From: a virus
Lineage: Duplodnaviria > Caudoviricetes
IMG/VR virus record: IMGVR_UViG_3300025018_000238
Span: 1 to 43,853 of that record
Strand: one strand, 5' to 3'
DNA length: 43,853 nt
Part shown: in pieces, positions 35,416 through 43,702 of the stretch
Layout: each line of letters opens with the position of its first letter
Position numbering within the stretch: position 1 is the stretch's first letter
Notes under the pieces: model-generated
Seen by the model: the letters and a program-made list of their open reading frames with translations, nothing else
Told to the model about the DNA's origin: nothing
Database searches by the model: none
Position numbers and translations under genes: made by a program

Positions 35416-36960
35416 TTAAACCAAACGCACGTTTTCGCCAGGGAACTGACGAGCGTATAACTCAGTCAACTTCTCGCGGAGTTGGTTATAGTGGTTGGTG
35501 TCCATCTCACTTCCGACAACTTTAAACCCTTCGGTTAGCAAAGCGTATGGCATTGAGCCAGTGCCAACGAACGGGTCGCAGATTGTCTGTCCGGGAATGG
35601 CTACTGCGTTAGCAAGCCACCGCCAAAGCGTGAACGGTTTGACAAACGGGTGGCCGTGGAACTGTTTGCGTTCGGCTTCGTTAGACGCAGTGTGCACACA
35701 GGTGTGTTGCGGCTTCGCAAGCACCGCGTTACCTTTACGACACAGCACAGCGCACTCAACGGTTTTCGTGAAGTTCTTTGTCGCTGCTTGGTTCTTGCAG
35801 GTGTGAGTCTTAACCCAGATCAACGGCCAGCGTTGAGTCTTGAAGCCAGACTTCTCAGCCAACATACGACAGTGGTTGAAGTGTTCAAAATCGCACCAGA
35901 AGATACAGAACCCACCGTCACGAAGTATGCGATAGAAGTTGTCAATCCACACAGGGAGGTCATTAAGGTTGGACTGTACGTCGTGCGTGTGTGCGACGTT
36001 GTCGATGTTCTTCATACCAGTTGTGCCTTGTGACAGATGATCCATCTCGATTGCGTAAGGCGGATCAGTAATGATATGGTCAACGGATTCGTCATCGAAA
36101 GCGTCTTCCATCTTGCAGTTAAGGAACCGAGAACTGAAGTCGATTGTACGTATCGGTCGTTCGGGTTGCGACGCAGTAATCGCTTCGCCAACTGTGCGCG
36201 GTTGACTGTCGTCAGTTGGTGCGCCGAAAAGTTGATTCAGCACGTCATCGTTGAGCGAAGAACTCTTTGCGTCTCCGGACGGTTGTGTCGGCGGGGAAAC
36301 CTTTTCGAACTGGCTAATGTCGACTGACGAGTCAGTGTTAATCTCGGCAAACTTTGTCGCAGCTTCGTTTGCTTTGCGCGCGGTAATCAGACGCCAAGCA
36401 GACGTGAGGTTTTCGCACGCCCAGATTTCTTTATCGCCTGCGTTAAGCAGCTTTGCCACACGCGTGACGTAGTTCACATGCGACTTGCTGAACCGAGGTC
36501 CGAGAAGTTTTGCGGTCTCACGCACGCCCCAAGACTTAGAGTCGAGTGTTGCTTCACGAGTTTTGATCTGGTGCACACGTGCTATACCGAGAGTAGTCTC
36601 CTGCCATGTGAGGTTTTCACGTTGCAGGTTCTCCTCAAGTTCAAGCGTGGACAAAGTCGAGCCGTCAAACGTGAGCATCTGACGGAAATGAACGTTCTCT
36701 TCGAGTGTTCCGGTTTCAATAAACGCTTCAATCGTTGGGTGGATTGACGACGGGATATCGTCGTCAGGCAACGCAGCGTTAATGATCGCCTGCAACGCAG
36801 ACTTACGACGTCCGCCGGCAATAAGCGTTCCGTTTTCGTCAAGCACAATGGGTTGGATCAACCCGTGTGTCATGATGCTTACGGCAAGCTGTTCGATGTT
36901 GTGATACTCCTGCCGTTGCCGGTCGAGTTCTTTAACTTCAGAGAGTTGAATTGTCTGCAT
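35416..36960 (-). CDS. ParB-N/HTH fused to an amino-methyltransferase (beta class, DPPY)
   Basis: RQR...LAVSIMTHGLIQPIVL...LIAGGRR, ELEENLQRENL, HTH VRETAKLLG..SKSHV; IITDPPY, HPFVKP and ICDPFVGTGS in beta order. Confidence 0.88.
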   Translation of the reverse strand: MQTIQLSEVKELDRQRQEYHNIEQLAVSIMTHGLIQPIVLDENGTLIAGGRRKSALQAIINAALPDDDIPSSIHPTIEAFIETGTLEENVHFRQMLTFDGSTLSTLELEENLQRENLTWQETTLGIARVHQIKTREATLDSKSWGVRETAKLLGPRFSKSHVNYVTRVAKLLNAGDKEIWACENLTSAWRLITARKANEAATKFAEINTDSSVDISQFEKVSPPTQPSGDAKSSSLNDDVLNQLFGAPTDDSQPRTVGEAITASQPERPIRTIDFSSRFLNCKMEDAFDDESVDHIITDPPYAIEMDHLSQGTTGMKNIDNVAHTHDVQSNLNDLPVWIDNFYRILRDGGFCIFWCDFEHFNHCRMLAEKSGFKTQRWPLIWVKTHTCKNQAATKNFTKTVECAVLCRKGNAVLAKPQHTCVHTASNEAERKQFHGHPFVKPFTLWRWLANAVAIPGQTICDPFVGTGSMPYALLTEGFKVVGSEMDTNHYNQLREKLTELYARQFPGENVRLV

Positions 36961-37249
36961 TGTCGAATGTATTTTGTTGTGTTAGTTCTAAGAGTACTGC
37001 GGTGATTCTGTGCATCGCAGCGTTGAGAGTTGCGTGAGACGCAGGGTCAACTGCGTTTGAGTCTAAAAGATAAGTGTGGAAAAAGCGTGGCAAGTAAGCG
37101 GGACCGTCGAGACAGATTTCGACGACCATGACGTGACCTTTGTAGGACACGTGAGTGACGCTGTAGGACACGTGAGTGACGCTGTAGTGCCGAGTGTCTG
37201 CGCGACGTTCTGTGCGCGTGGCGTATTCAAATAGCGATGGGAGTTGCAT
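36938..37249 (-). CDS. Hypothetical protein, 103 aa
   Basis: Fills the gap in the operon; contains a duplicated YSVTHVS. Confidence 0.55.
   Translation of the reverse strand: MQLPSLFEYATRTERRADTRHYSVTHVSYSVTHVSYKGHVMVVEICLDGPAYLPRFFHTYLLDSNAVDPASHATLNAAMHRITAVLLELTQQNTFDNADNSTL
37141..37187. repeat. 21-bp in-frame tandem duplication
   Basis: tgtaggacacgtgagtgacgc x2 plus tgtag. Confidence 0.9.
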
Positions 37250-37278
37250 GACGAAAGAAATAAAGGTTTGGCAAATGA

Positions 37279-37303
37279 GTATGGTCCTATCTTAGGACAG
37301 CAC
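37279..37303. promoter_or_regulatory. 25-bp palindromic site, copy 6
   Basis: GTATG-GTCC-TATCTTA-GGAC-AGCAC, intergenic, upstream of the block leading to the ParB-MTase and polymerase. Confidence 0.85.
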
Positions 37304-37391
37304 TAGGGATCGGACCTAATGCTGTCGGGTAAGAAACGAAGTTGACACTTAGTGTCAACCCCGGTGTTGGTTAACGAACAGTTGTGTTCGG

Positions 37392-37874
37392 TTATTCGCT
37401 GTCGGTTTTAGGTCGGACAAAGGAGGCGACGCGTACCGTGGCTTGGTAGACTTCGCCGGTATCCTTGTCTTCACGTTCCGGCTCGACCTTGGTCTTAGCC
37501 GTGATCGTTTGACCAATGTAGGCTTCGAACGTAGGATCGAACTGCATGGCCTTGTTGCCGAGGGCTTCGTGGAACTGAGCGATGTTCCGGATCGGGTCGT
37601 ACTTGTCCTTCTTCACCAACGAGATGATGTGGCGGACGGGATAACCCGGATTGATCGGGTTACCTTTGATGTCTTCGGCGCCGTCAGTCGCGAGCTTCAG
37701 TACGAGCAGGAGGTAGGTACCACCGCTACGTTCGGACAACTCGCGAGACATCTCGGCGATGGTGAAGTCGTACGCACCGTTCTTGAGAAGCGGCATTTGA
37801 GTATCGACTTCGCTGAGATCGACGTTGCTAAGGACGTCGAATACGTCTGTTCCTGATTGGATTTGATCTTCCAT
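37392..37874 (-). CDS. DUF669-like ssDNA-binding (OB-fold) protein
   Basis: PLLKNGAYDFTI....SERSGGTYL.L...YIGQTI.AK......D..TG; linked to an AAA_24 gene; highly biased codons. Confidence 0.75.
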   Translation of the reverse strand: MEDQIQSGTDVFDVLSNVDLSEVDTQMPLLKNGAYDFTIAEMSRELSERSGGTYLLLVLKLATDGAEDIKGNPINPGYPVRHIISLVKKDKYDPIRNIAQFHEALGNKAMQFDPTFEAYIGQTITAKTKVEPEREDKDTGEVYQATVRVASFVRPKTDSE

Positions 37875-37988
37875 ATGTTTTGTTGTGCGTTTATGGGTGA
37901 GTGCACTTCTCTGTTATTGTTACTGTTATTTTGTTTTGTTTTTGTGACAGATGTGTCACAAAGTGGTTGCCGCGGAGCGCTACAGAAG

Positions 37989-39371
37989 TTATTCTGTGTA
38001 ACTGTGGCCGTCAGCTTTCGACGGAAACTGTTGCGGTTTACGGATTACTCCATACGCCGCAGGGTTAAGATAAAACCTTACCGCGTCGCGATTAGCGCGG
38101 AAGGTTCGGGCGTTGAAGTTTTGCAAGTACGTTCCGTCGAAGGTCTTGCACCGACTGAGTGCGACGTAACCCTGACCCCATGTGAACGACCGGTTGAGAA
38201 ACAACACAGTTGAGTCAAGGGTGAGACCTTGTGCTTTGTGGGACGTGATAGCGTACGCAACGCGGAGTGGGATTTGACGTCGACGTGCGATGATCGCGTC
38301 TTCGTTTTTAATCTCCCACTGTTGCGGTTTGATTTCCATGTGGGTACCGTTGTCGAATTCGACGACGGGGATATAGGGGAAATCGTCGGACCCGTGTTTT
38401 TCGAAGCCGATGATCTTACCACACGAACCGTTGATGATTTCGAGATCGAAGTCAAGGTTGCGAAGACACATAACACGTGCGCCGACGACAAGACGTAAAG
38501 GAGAACTCGCAAGGCAGTGACGTTCGAGATCGCCACGGCCCTTGCGTCCGAGTTCAGAGTCTTCGCACCAGTCGCGAGCGGTGAACAAACGTGACTCACC
38601 AACGAGTTGATCAAGGAACTTGTTGTTGATCTTGTCGACTTCGGCGTTGTGCGTGTGGATGATCACTGCGTTACCGGACTTGGGAAGTGGTTTAGCCACG
38701 AGTCGGTTGAGGTAGTCTTTGACTTCGACATCTTGAATCCCGCGTCGTATTTTGGACAGCACGGCACCGAACTCGGGGTCGGCTTGACGAAAGATTTTCG
38801 TGAGTAAGTGCAGACGGAAGTCACCTTTAGCCCACGCTTCGGCTTGAAACGCAAAGGGTGGATTGCGGTTAACTTGGTCTCCGACTGGTGGGAGTTGCAG
38901 GAAGTCACCGAAGACAATGAGTGTCATGCCGCCGAACGGCCGCGGGTCGGAACGCACGAGCGAACAGAGTTCAGAGAAGTAGTCAAAGAGTACACCGCTG
39001 AGCATAGACACTTCGTCGATTGCGAGTATGTCGGTCTCGGTTATGTTGCGGTAAACCTTTTCGTATTTCTCTGAGCGTTCGATGTTGCGGGCGAGCATGA
39101 ACGGTTCGACACGGTTGATGTCGAACGGGAGACCAGCCCACGAGTGCAGAGTGCAACCGCTGACGTTAACGGCAGCGATGCCGGTGGTTCCGACGACTGA
39201 GAACTTACGGCCAGACGTGTGGGCTAAGTCGTCAAGGACTTTAAGCACAGCGGATTTGCCGGTGCCTGCGGGTCCAGTGACGCAGCAGTTGAGGCGGTGT
39301 GTGAACACGTCTTCGATGACTGCGGATTGCTCGGGAGTGAGCTGGGCGGATGTGAGTTGTTCGGTGTGCAT
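37989..39371 (-). CDS. pif1: Pif1-family SF1B helicase
   Basis: TGPAGTGKS, TLHSWAG, IDEVSML, Pif1 signature VRSDPRPFGGM, GDFLQLPPV, IFRQ, AYAITSHKAQGLTL, QGYVALSR. Confidence 0.92.
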   Translation of the reverse strand: MHTEQLTSAQLTPEQSAVIEDVFTHRLNCCVTGPAGTGKSAVLKVLDDLAHTSGRKFSVVGTTGIAAVNVSGCTLHSWAGLPFDINRVEPFMLARNIERSEKYEKVYRNITETDILAIDEVSMLSGVLFDYFSELCSLVRSDPRPFGGMTLIVFGDFLQLPPVGDQVNRNPPFAFQAEAWAKGDFRLHLLTKIFRQADPEFGAVLSKIRRGIQDVEVKDYLNRLVAKPLPKSGNAVIIHTHNAEVDKINNKFLDQLVGESRLFTARDWCEDSELGRKGRGDLERHCLASSPLRLVVGARVMCLRNLDFDLEIINGSCGKIIGFEKHGSDDFPYIPVVEFDNGTHMEIKPQQWEIKNEDAIIARRRQIPLRVAYAITSHKAQGLTLDSTVLFLNRSFTWGQGYVALSRCKTFDGTYLQNFNARTFRANRDAVRFYLNPAAYGVIRKPQQFPSKADGHSYTE

Positions 39372-39379
39372 AATGCGAG

Positions 39380-40177
39380 TTATTTAGTCTCCTTTCCAAA
39401 GTACGGAGCAAGCAGTGTCCACACTTCGTTTGGTTTTTTGTTGGTCACGTCAAGCGTCTCGGTTGTAATGCCGAGTGAGTTGCCAATCTGGTGAAGGTTC
39501 TTCGGAGCGACACGAATAAGGTAAGTAGTCTTGCCTTGTTTGTCACGCCCGAACTCGGTGCGCCAAACGTCGGTGAAGAACCCTGCGAGGTTGTTCTTAA
39601 GTGAACCGGGAACCATAGGACGGTAGCCGATGACTCCGCCGGTGTCGGTGGTGATTGTGTCCTCGTGGCAGGTGACCACGAAAGTCTTTCCACTGGTGCG
39701 ACCAGCCGTGACGAACCGAGTCATGTAGTTCTTGAACGGCTGCCAGTGTGCTTGTGCCATGAGTTCCATGTCACCAACTTTGAGAGTTTTGAAGTTCTCT
39801 TTCGGCGCAGCGGCAAGGATACGTGCCATGAGAAAGTCAACGAGTGGCGAGAGCGAGTCAATGAGAATAGTTTTGACCGCCGGGTTATCGCGTGCAAGTT
39901 TCATAAACTCCATGCAAACGTCCCAGCGTTTGTTCATCGGACGTTCAGTTCCGTCTTCATTGACATTCGGGTCAAAGTAAAAGTAATCGAAGTCGGGTTC
40001 AGTAGCTTTCGCACGAGCAAGCGGTCCAGCGAAGTTCTTATCGCAGTCGAGTACTGCAATAGGAGACTCGAAGCCGAGACACGCTGTGGTTTTGCCGGAC
40101 TTAGGTTGTCCGATCATGAGCAGACCGAACGATTCGAGTCGATCGAGCTGCGGTTTATGTTGCATTTGTATTGGCAT
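39380..40177 (-). CDS. AAA_24 ATPase (Sak4-like recombinase)
   Basis: LMIGQPKSGKTT, VLDCDK, TILIDSL, VVTCHE, P.VPG...LAGFFTDVW. Confidence 0.82.
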   Translation of the reverse strand: MPIQMQHKPQLDRLESFGLLMIGQPKSGKTTACLGFESPIAVLDCDKNFAGPLARAKATEPDFDYFYFDPNVNEDGTERPMNKRWDVCMEFMKLARDNPAVKTILIDSLSPLVDFLMARILAAAPKENFKTLKVGDMELMAQAHWQPFKNYMTRFVTAGRTSGKTFVVTCHEDTITTDTGGVIGYRPMVPGSLKNNLAGFFTDVWRTEFGRDKQGKTTYLIRVAPKNLHQIGNSLGITTETLDVTNKKPNEVWTLLAPYFGKETK

Positions 40178-40220
40178 AAGTAAAAAGCACGAATGTGCGT
40201 AGAGTGTGGAGCGTTAACAG

Positions 40221-40505
40221 TTAAGGCGTGATAGTTTCGTTTTCGATTTGTTGAATAACAAACTCAATGATGTGTGAGTCTGGCGTGTTGTCGAAGTCGT
40301 CACCAAAGAAGTGTTCGATGTTGTCTCCGTCAAGTTCGAACTCAAAGTTTGCATGAAAGAAATACGGTTTGTATTCACGTGGCCGTGAGTACTCTTTCGG
40401 GTCGTCGTGCTGGAGTGGGTTCCAGTGAACGGTAACTTCAAGTTGCTTTTCTTGTGGTGGGTACCACAAAGTGTTGTGCGTTTTGTGCATGAGTGCGGCG
40501 GGCAT
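40221..40505 (-). CDS. Hypothetical protein, 94 aa
   Basis: Acidic ORF in the operon; no family recognised. Confidence 0.6.
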   Translation of the reverse strand: MPAALMHKTHNTLWYPPQEKQLEVTVHWNPLQHDDPKEYSRPREYKPYFFHANFEFELDGDNIEHFFGDDFDNTPDSHIIEFVIQQIENETITP

Positions 40506-40507
40506 GG

Positions 40508-40912
40508 TTAGAAGTAAACAGCTGGATCGTCAGGAATTACTGGGTTAGAAAGAGCCTTCGACTTCGGTTGTTGTTTAACTGCCGTCTTTTTAACCACGGT
40601 TTTCTTCGGAGACTTTTGCGGCGTTTTGTTTGGTTGATCCAAACACAAACTACACCAATCGACATTTTCTTCAACCCAGTCAAGATAATCAGGGTCTTCG
40701 GCGAGCACTTGACGAACGGTTGCTCCACGGTGCTTACCGAAGGTTAAGACGTCGTTGAGACCAAAGATAACAATCTCGTCGGTTTGCGGTCGCTGCGGTT
40801 GCGACTGCGTTTGCTTCTTCGGTGTCGGCGAAGGCGTGGCAGAAGCAGAACGTATTGCGTCTGCGATGTTGTTTAACGCATCGCAGAGTTGTTTAAATTC
40901 TGTAGGATTCAT
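40508..40912 (-). CDS. Protein with DUF3820/ExoX-C-like module
   Basis: LTFGKHRGATVRQVLAEDPDYLDW motif flanked by low-complexity K/P/Q regions. Confidence 0.7.
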   Translation of the reverse strand: MNPTEFKQLCDALNNIADAIRSASATPSPTPKKQTQSQPQRPQTDEIVIFGLNDVLTFGKHRGATVRQVLAEDPDYLDWVEENVDWCSLCLDQPNKTPQKSPKKTVVKKTAVKQQPKSKALSNPVIPDDPAVYF

Positions 40913-40935
40913 GACTGTTCGTCTGGGTTAGATGT

Positions 40936-42030
40936 TTAACCGTCAATGAAACTCCGAATCGAATCCAACGCGTCACGTGGGATGTTCGGACTGGTGACAA
41001 CTGGTTTCTTCTCCAGCGTTTGCTCGTCAGCTGTGGGGTCCCACGTGACGTCACGATATTCACCAGAATACAAAACCATTTCGCGGTTCTCAAGCGGGAG
41101 TTGACAGACGTTGTAGTAAGTGCAGCGACCAAACCGGTGCTTGCACGCAGTGGTACGCATCGGGAAGTTACCGCGCTGCAAATCGTGCAGCATGTCTCCG
41201 ATGAGAAGAATGGTGTTTTGTTTCCACTCTTCGATGTGACTGTCGTCAAAGTAAACAATTTGACGTTCAAAGAATGTGTTGCAAGCAATGGTTTTTGTCG
41301 GAGGTCGGCAACCGATTACGTTAATTCGTGCACCAAGCACGTTCTCACCGGTGAGTTGACGACCAGCCCAAACGTAGCCTTTCATTTGGCCGCCGGTAAA
41401 GTACTCATCAAAGAGTCCGGCACCACCAACTGAAGAAGTTTTGTGGTCGGTGACAAGGATTGTCCCGTCTGCTTCACGTGTGATGAGGTCAATACGTCCG
41501 GTGTAGAACACAGGCAGGCGAGTCACAACTTTGAACTCTTTGGTCACAAGATCAACTGTGGTGATCGGCGTTGTGAGTTCAAACGTGGTCAGCGGCAAAG
41601 CAAACGCAAGTTCGCAAGCGATGGTGTCATCGTGCGTGGTGAGCACGTTAAACGTTTCAGTCGGGTACTCTTTGTTGTATTTTGCGACTGTCGCACAGGC
41701 GTTGTCGAGCGTGCGCCACTCGCCGTCAGGTTCCGCGCCTTTGTTTGCCCACTCGTCTGCGAGAAGCTGTTGCATCTGGTCAGTGACACCCGCTGAACCT
41801 AGCAGCACGTTGCTTCCGGTGTAGCGGAGTTCAAGTGCCTTGTGCATCCGACGGCCGTACTCAAGTGCCCATGCGGTTGAGTTGAACTCACGACGATGGA
41901 TGATACGATATTCACCTTTGCGATTGCACTCGACAAAGTTAGTGAGGGTTGAGTTATCGGCGAAGAATACTCCGTCGATAACGGGGAGCGCGAGAGACGT
42001 GCCAGGTGCGGATGGTAATGTGTAGTCCAT
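40936..42030 (-). CDS. PD-(D/E)XK (RecB/Cas4-like) exonuclease
   Basis: DNSTLTNFVEC, YG..MHKALE, CELAF, YTGRIDLI...VTDHKT, QMKGY, C-terminal C...FGRC.Y..VC cysteine cluster. Confidence 0.88.
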   Translation of the reverse strand: MDYTLPSAPGTSLALPVIDGVFFADNSTLTNFVECNRKGEYRIIHRREFNSTAWALEYGRRMHKALELRYTGSNVLLGSAGVTDQMQQLLADEWANKGAEPDGEWRTLDNACATVAKYNKEYPTETFNVLTTHDDTIACELAFALPLTTFELTTPITTVDLVTKEFKVVTRLPVFYTGRIDLITREADGTILVTDHKTSSVGGAGLFDEYFTGGQMKGYVWAGRQLTGENVLGARINVIGCRPPTKTIACNTFFERQIVYFDDSHIEEWKQNTILLIGDMLHDLQRGNFPMRTTACKHRFGRCTYYNVCQLPLENREMVLYSGEYRDVTWDPTADEQTLEKKPVVTSPNIPRDALDSIRSFIDG

Positions 42031-42067
42031 AATGTGCGTACGTGATAAGCGTTAAGACTAAACGTTT

Positions 42068-42247
42068 TTAACACGACCAAGTTTGAATCCGCGAAACGCG
42101 AACGCACGTCGTGATTTGTTCGGGCTGCTCGCACAACCACGACGTGCGTACACGTTGGCGCAGTTTACGTTGGTTAAGTTTTTTGCCTTGTGTGAAAAAG
42201 TCAGCAGGCGAGATGTGATACGGGTTGTTTGTAGTTCTTGTTGGCAT
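42068..42247 (-). CDS. Small hypothetical protein, about 59 aa
   Basis: TTATG start, with context CGTTATGCCAACA identical to that of 43698; basic protein. Confidence 0.4.
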   Translation of the reverse strand: MPTRTTNNPYHISPADFFTQGKKLNQRKLRQRVRTSWLCEQPEQITTCVRVSRIQTWSC

Positions 42248-42278
42248 AACGTTGGCGTTGTTTTTTTTGGTTGATTGC

Positions 42279-42303
42279 GTATCGTCCAAGGATAGGACGA
42301 TAC
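42279..42303. promoter_or_regulatory. 25-bp palindromic site, copy 7
   Basis: GTATC-GTCC-AAGGATA-GGAC-GATAC, intergenic. Confidence 0.85.
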
Positions 42304-42342
42304 TTGGAAAAGAGAACGTGCGTAGTTAAAACGTGTGCGCAG

Positions 42343-42663
42343 CTAAAACGAGTACTTATTCAACAGCTCAGCAGTCTTCGGTGCACTGCGAGACGAAGAA
42401 CTTTTCGGTTTGCCGGAACGTTTCTTCGCGGACTTGTCTGCCATTTGCGCTTGCAGCGTACCGTTTGAACCGGCTGCGGCACGGAGCTGTTGAACGTGTT
42501 CGCGCAGTTCGTCTGGCGTCATGTCGTCCATCGGCTTGTCAATCAAAGAGATTAACGGAGCAGCTTCGTCGTCTGCTGGTATGTCACGGACATCAGCGTT
42601 AGCCGGATTGGAACGTAAGTGTTTTGGATTTTCGTTAGGGAGGTTATCGACTGATTTACTCAT
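42343..42663 (-). CDS. Hypothetical protein, 106 aa
   Basis: ATG at 42663 overlaps the upstream stop; DDMTPDELREHVQQLR helix and a basic tail. Confidence 0.65.
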   Translation of the reverse strand: MSKSVDNLPNENPKHLRSNPANADVRDIPADDEAAPLISLIDKPMDDMTPDELREHVQQLRAAAGSNGTLQAQMADKSAKKRSGKPKSSSSRSAPKTAELLNKYSF

Positions 42664-43036
42664 AGGTGTGGCGGACTTCGTTGTCTGTTGTAGGTGGAAG
42701 GATGGGTTTGTGTGATGAAAGGACTGACTCAACGAACTCACTAATGTCGGGTTCAATTGAAGTGTTGTGACAGAACTGACGAACAACTTCAAACGTGATA
42801 GCTTGACGTTCGTGGTAGCCGAGGTCGTGGAGATTGAGACGTTGAAGCTCTGCGTCTAGTCGCGCAATGTAAACACCGAGCGCGTATTTCCAGAAGCCAC
42901 GAAACGGTGCGGCTTGACGAAACCGTTCGCGGACTTCAAGTGGAATGTCGATTGAGAGACGCACTGCGTCGTCCGATTGCGGAGTGCAAGCGAGGTAGGG
43001 TGAAACGTAATCTCGGTAGATGTAAGGTCGGGACAT
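42656..43036 (-). CDS. Hypothetical protein, 126 aa (possible ribbon-helix-helix segment)
   Basis: VRLSIDIPLEVRERF resembles an RHH strand-helix; the similarity is weak. Confidence 0.6.
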   Translation of the reverse strand: MSRPYIYRDYVSPYLACTPQSDDAVRLSIDIPLEVRERFRQAAPFRGFWKYALGVYIARLDAELQRLNLHDLGYHERQAITFEVVRQFCHNTSIEPDISEFVESVLSSHKPILPPTTDNEVRHTYE

Positions 43037-43038
43037 AG

Positions 43039-43698
43039 TTAAGCTGGTGTTGAGTCGAATGACAATGAGTCTGGGTCGGTGGACGACGATGACGTTGAGT
43101 CTGGGTCGTTGATTAAAATAACGGTGCTGTCAACACTTTCGACTGCTGTGATTGTTGAAGTGTCGATTACAAAGTGTTTGCCGTAAACCTGTTGCAGGTC
43201 GGACAGTTGTGACTGCACGGTAGCGACGTCGGTTTGTTCAAGCGTAAAGTCAGTTAACAGTCCGCGCTTGAGAAAAACATAAACCGCAAACAAAACTTCT
43301 GCATCAGACTTGCCGAGCGAGTAGCTTTGCGTTGCTGCTGCGAAGTCTGTTGGATTCGGGCGGACTTGTTCGTCGCGAGGTTTCGCAGAAGGTTTGAACT
43401 GTTTAAGTTCTTTGCGCACGAGTGAACGCTGACCGAAGCAAACAAGATCGTTGAACTGCGAGACTTGGTAGTCGTCACCGATAGCGAGTAAGCGTTCGTA
43501 TTCGGTGCTGGAGAGAACGTCATACGCGTTTTGTTGTTGAGCGCGGATAGCGTCGCGGAAACGTGCTGCGAAAGTTTCGGTCGAACCAGCGGGTCGAACC
43601 CATGTGACTGAGTGTCCGTGGTTGGTGATTAAGTCACGCATAGCGTCGAGGTAACGTTCGACTGCGTCGCGGGAGAAACGTGATGGTGTTGTTGGCAT
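43039..43698 (-). CDS. Hypothetical early protein, 219 aa
   Basis: Long ORF whose ATG lies 4 nt from the poly(A/T) tract; no family recognised. Confidence 0.7.
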   Translation of the reverse strand: MPTTPSRFSRDAVERYLDAMRDLITNHGHSVTWVRPAGSTETFAARFRDAIRAQQQNAYDVLSSTEYERLLAIGDDYQVSQFNDLVCFGQRSLVRKELKQFKPSAKPRDEQVRPNPTDFAAATQSYSLGKSDAEVLFAVYVFLKRGLLTDFTLEQTDVATVQSQLSDLQQVYGKHFVIDTSTITAVESVDSTVILINDPDSTSSSSTDPDSLSFDSTPA

Positions 43699-43702
43699 AA
43701 CG

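Noticed and set aside
37943-37960. CRP-binding site
   Set aside because: TGTGA and TCACA are separated by 8 nt, not the canonical 6.
40936-42030. CRISPR-associated Cas4
   Set aside because: It is a stand-alone phage PD-(D/E)XK nuclease in a recombination module, with no array or other cas genes.
37279-42279. Exactly 5000 bp between palindrome copies 6 and 7
   Set aside because: The other spacings vary from about 5.4 to 9.4 kb, so the round number is treated as coincidence.
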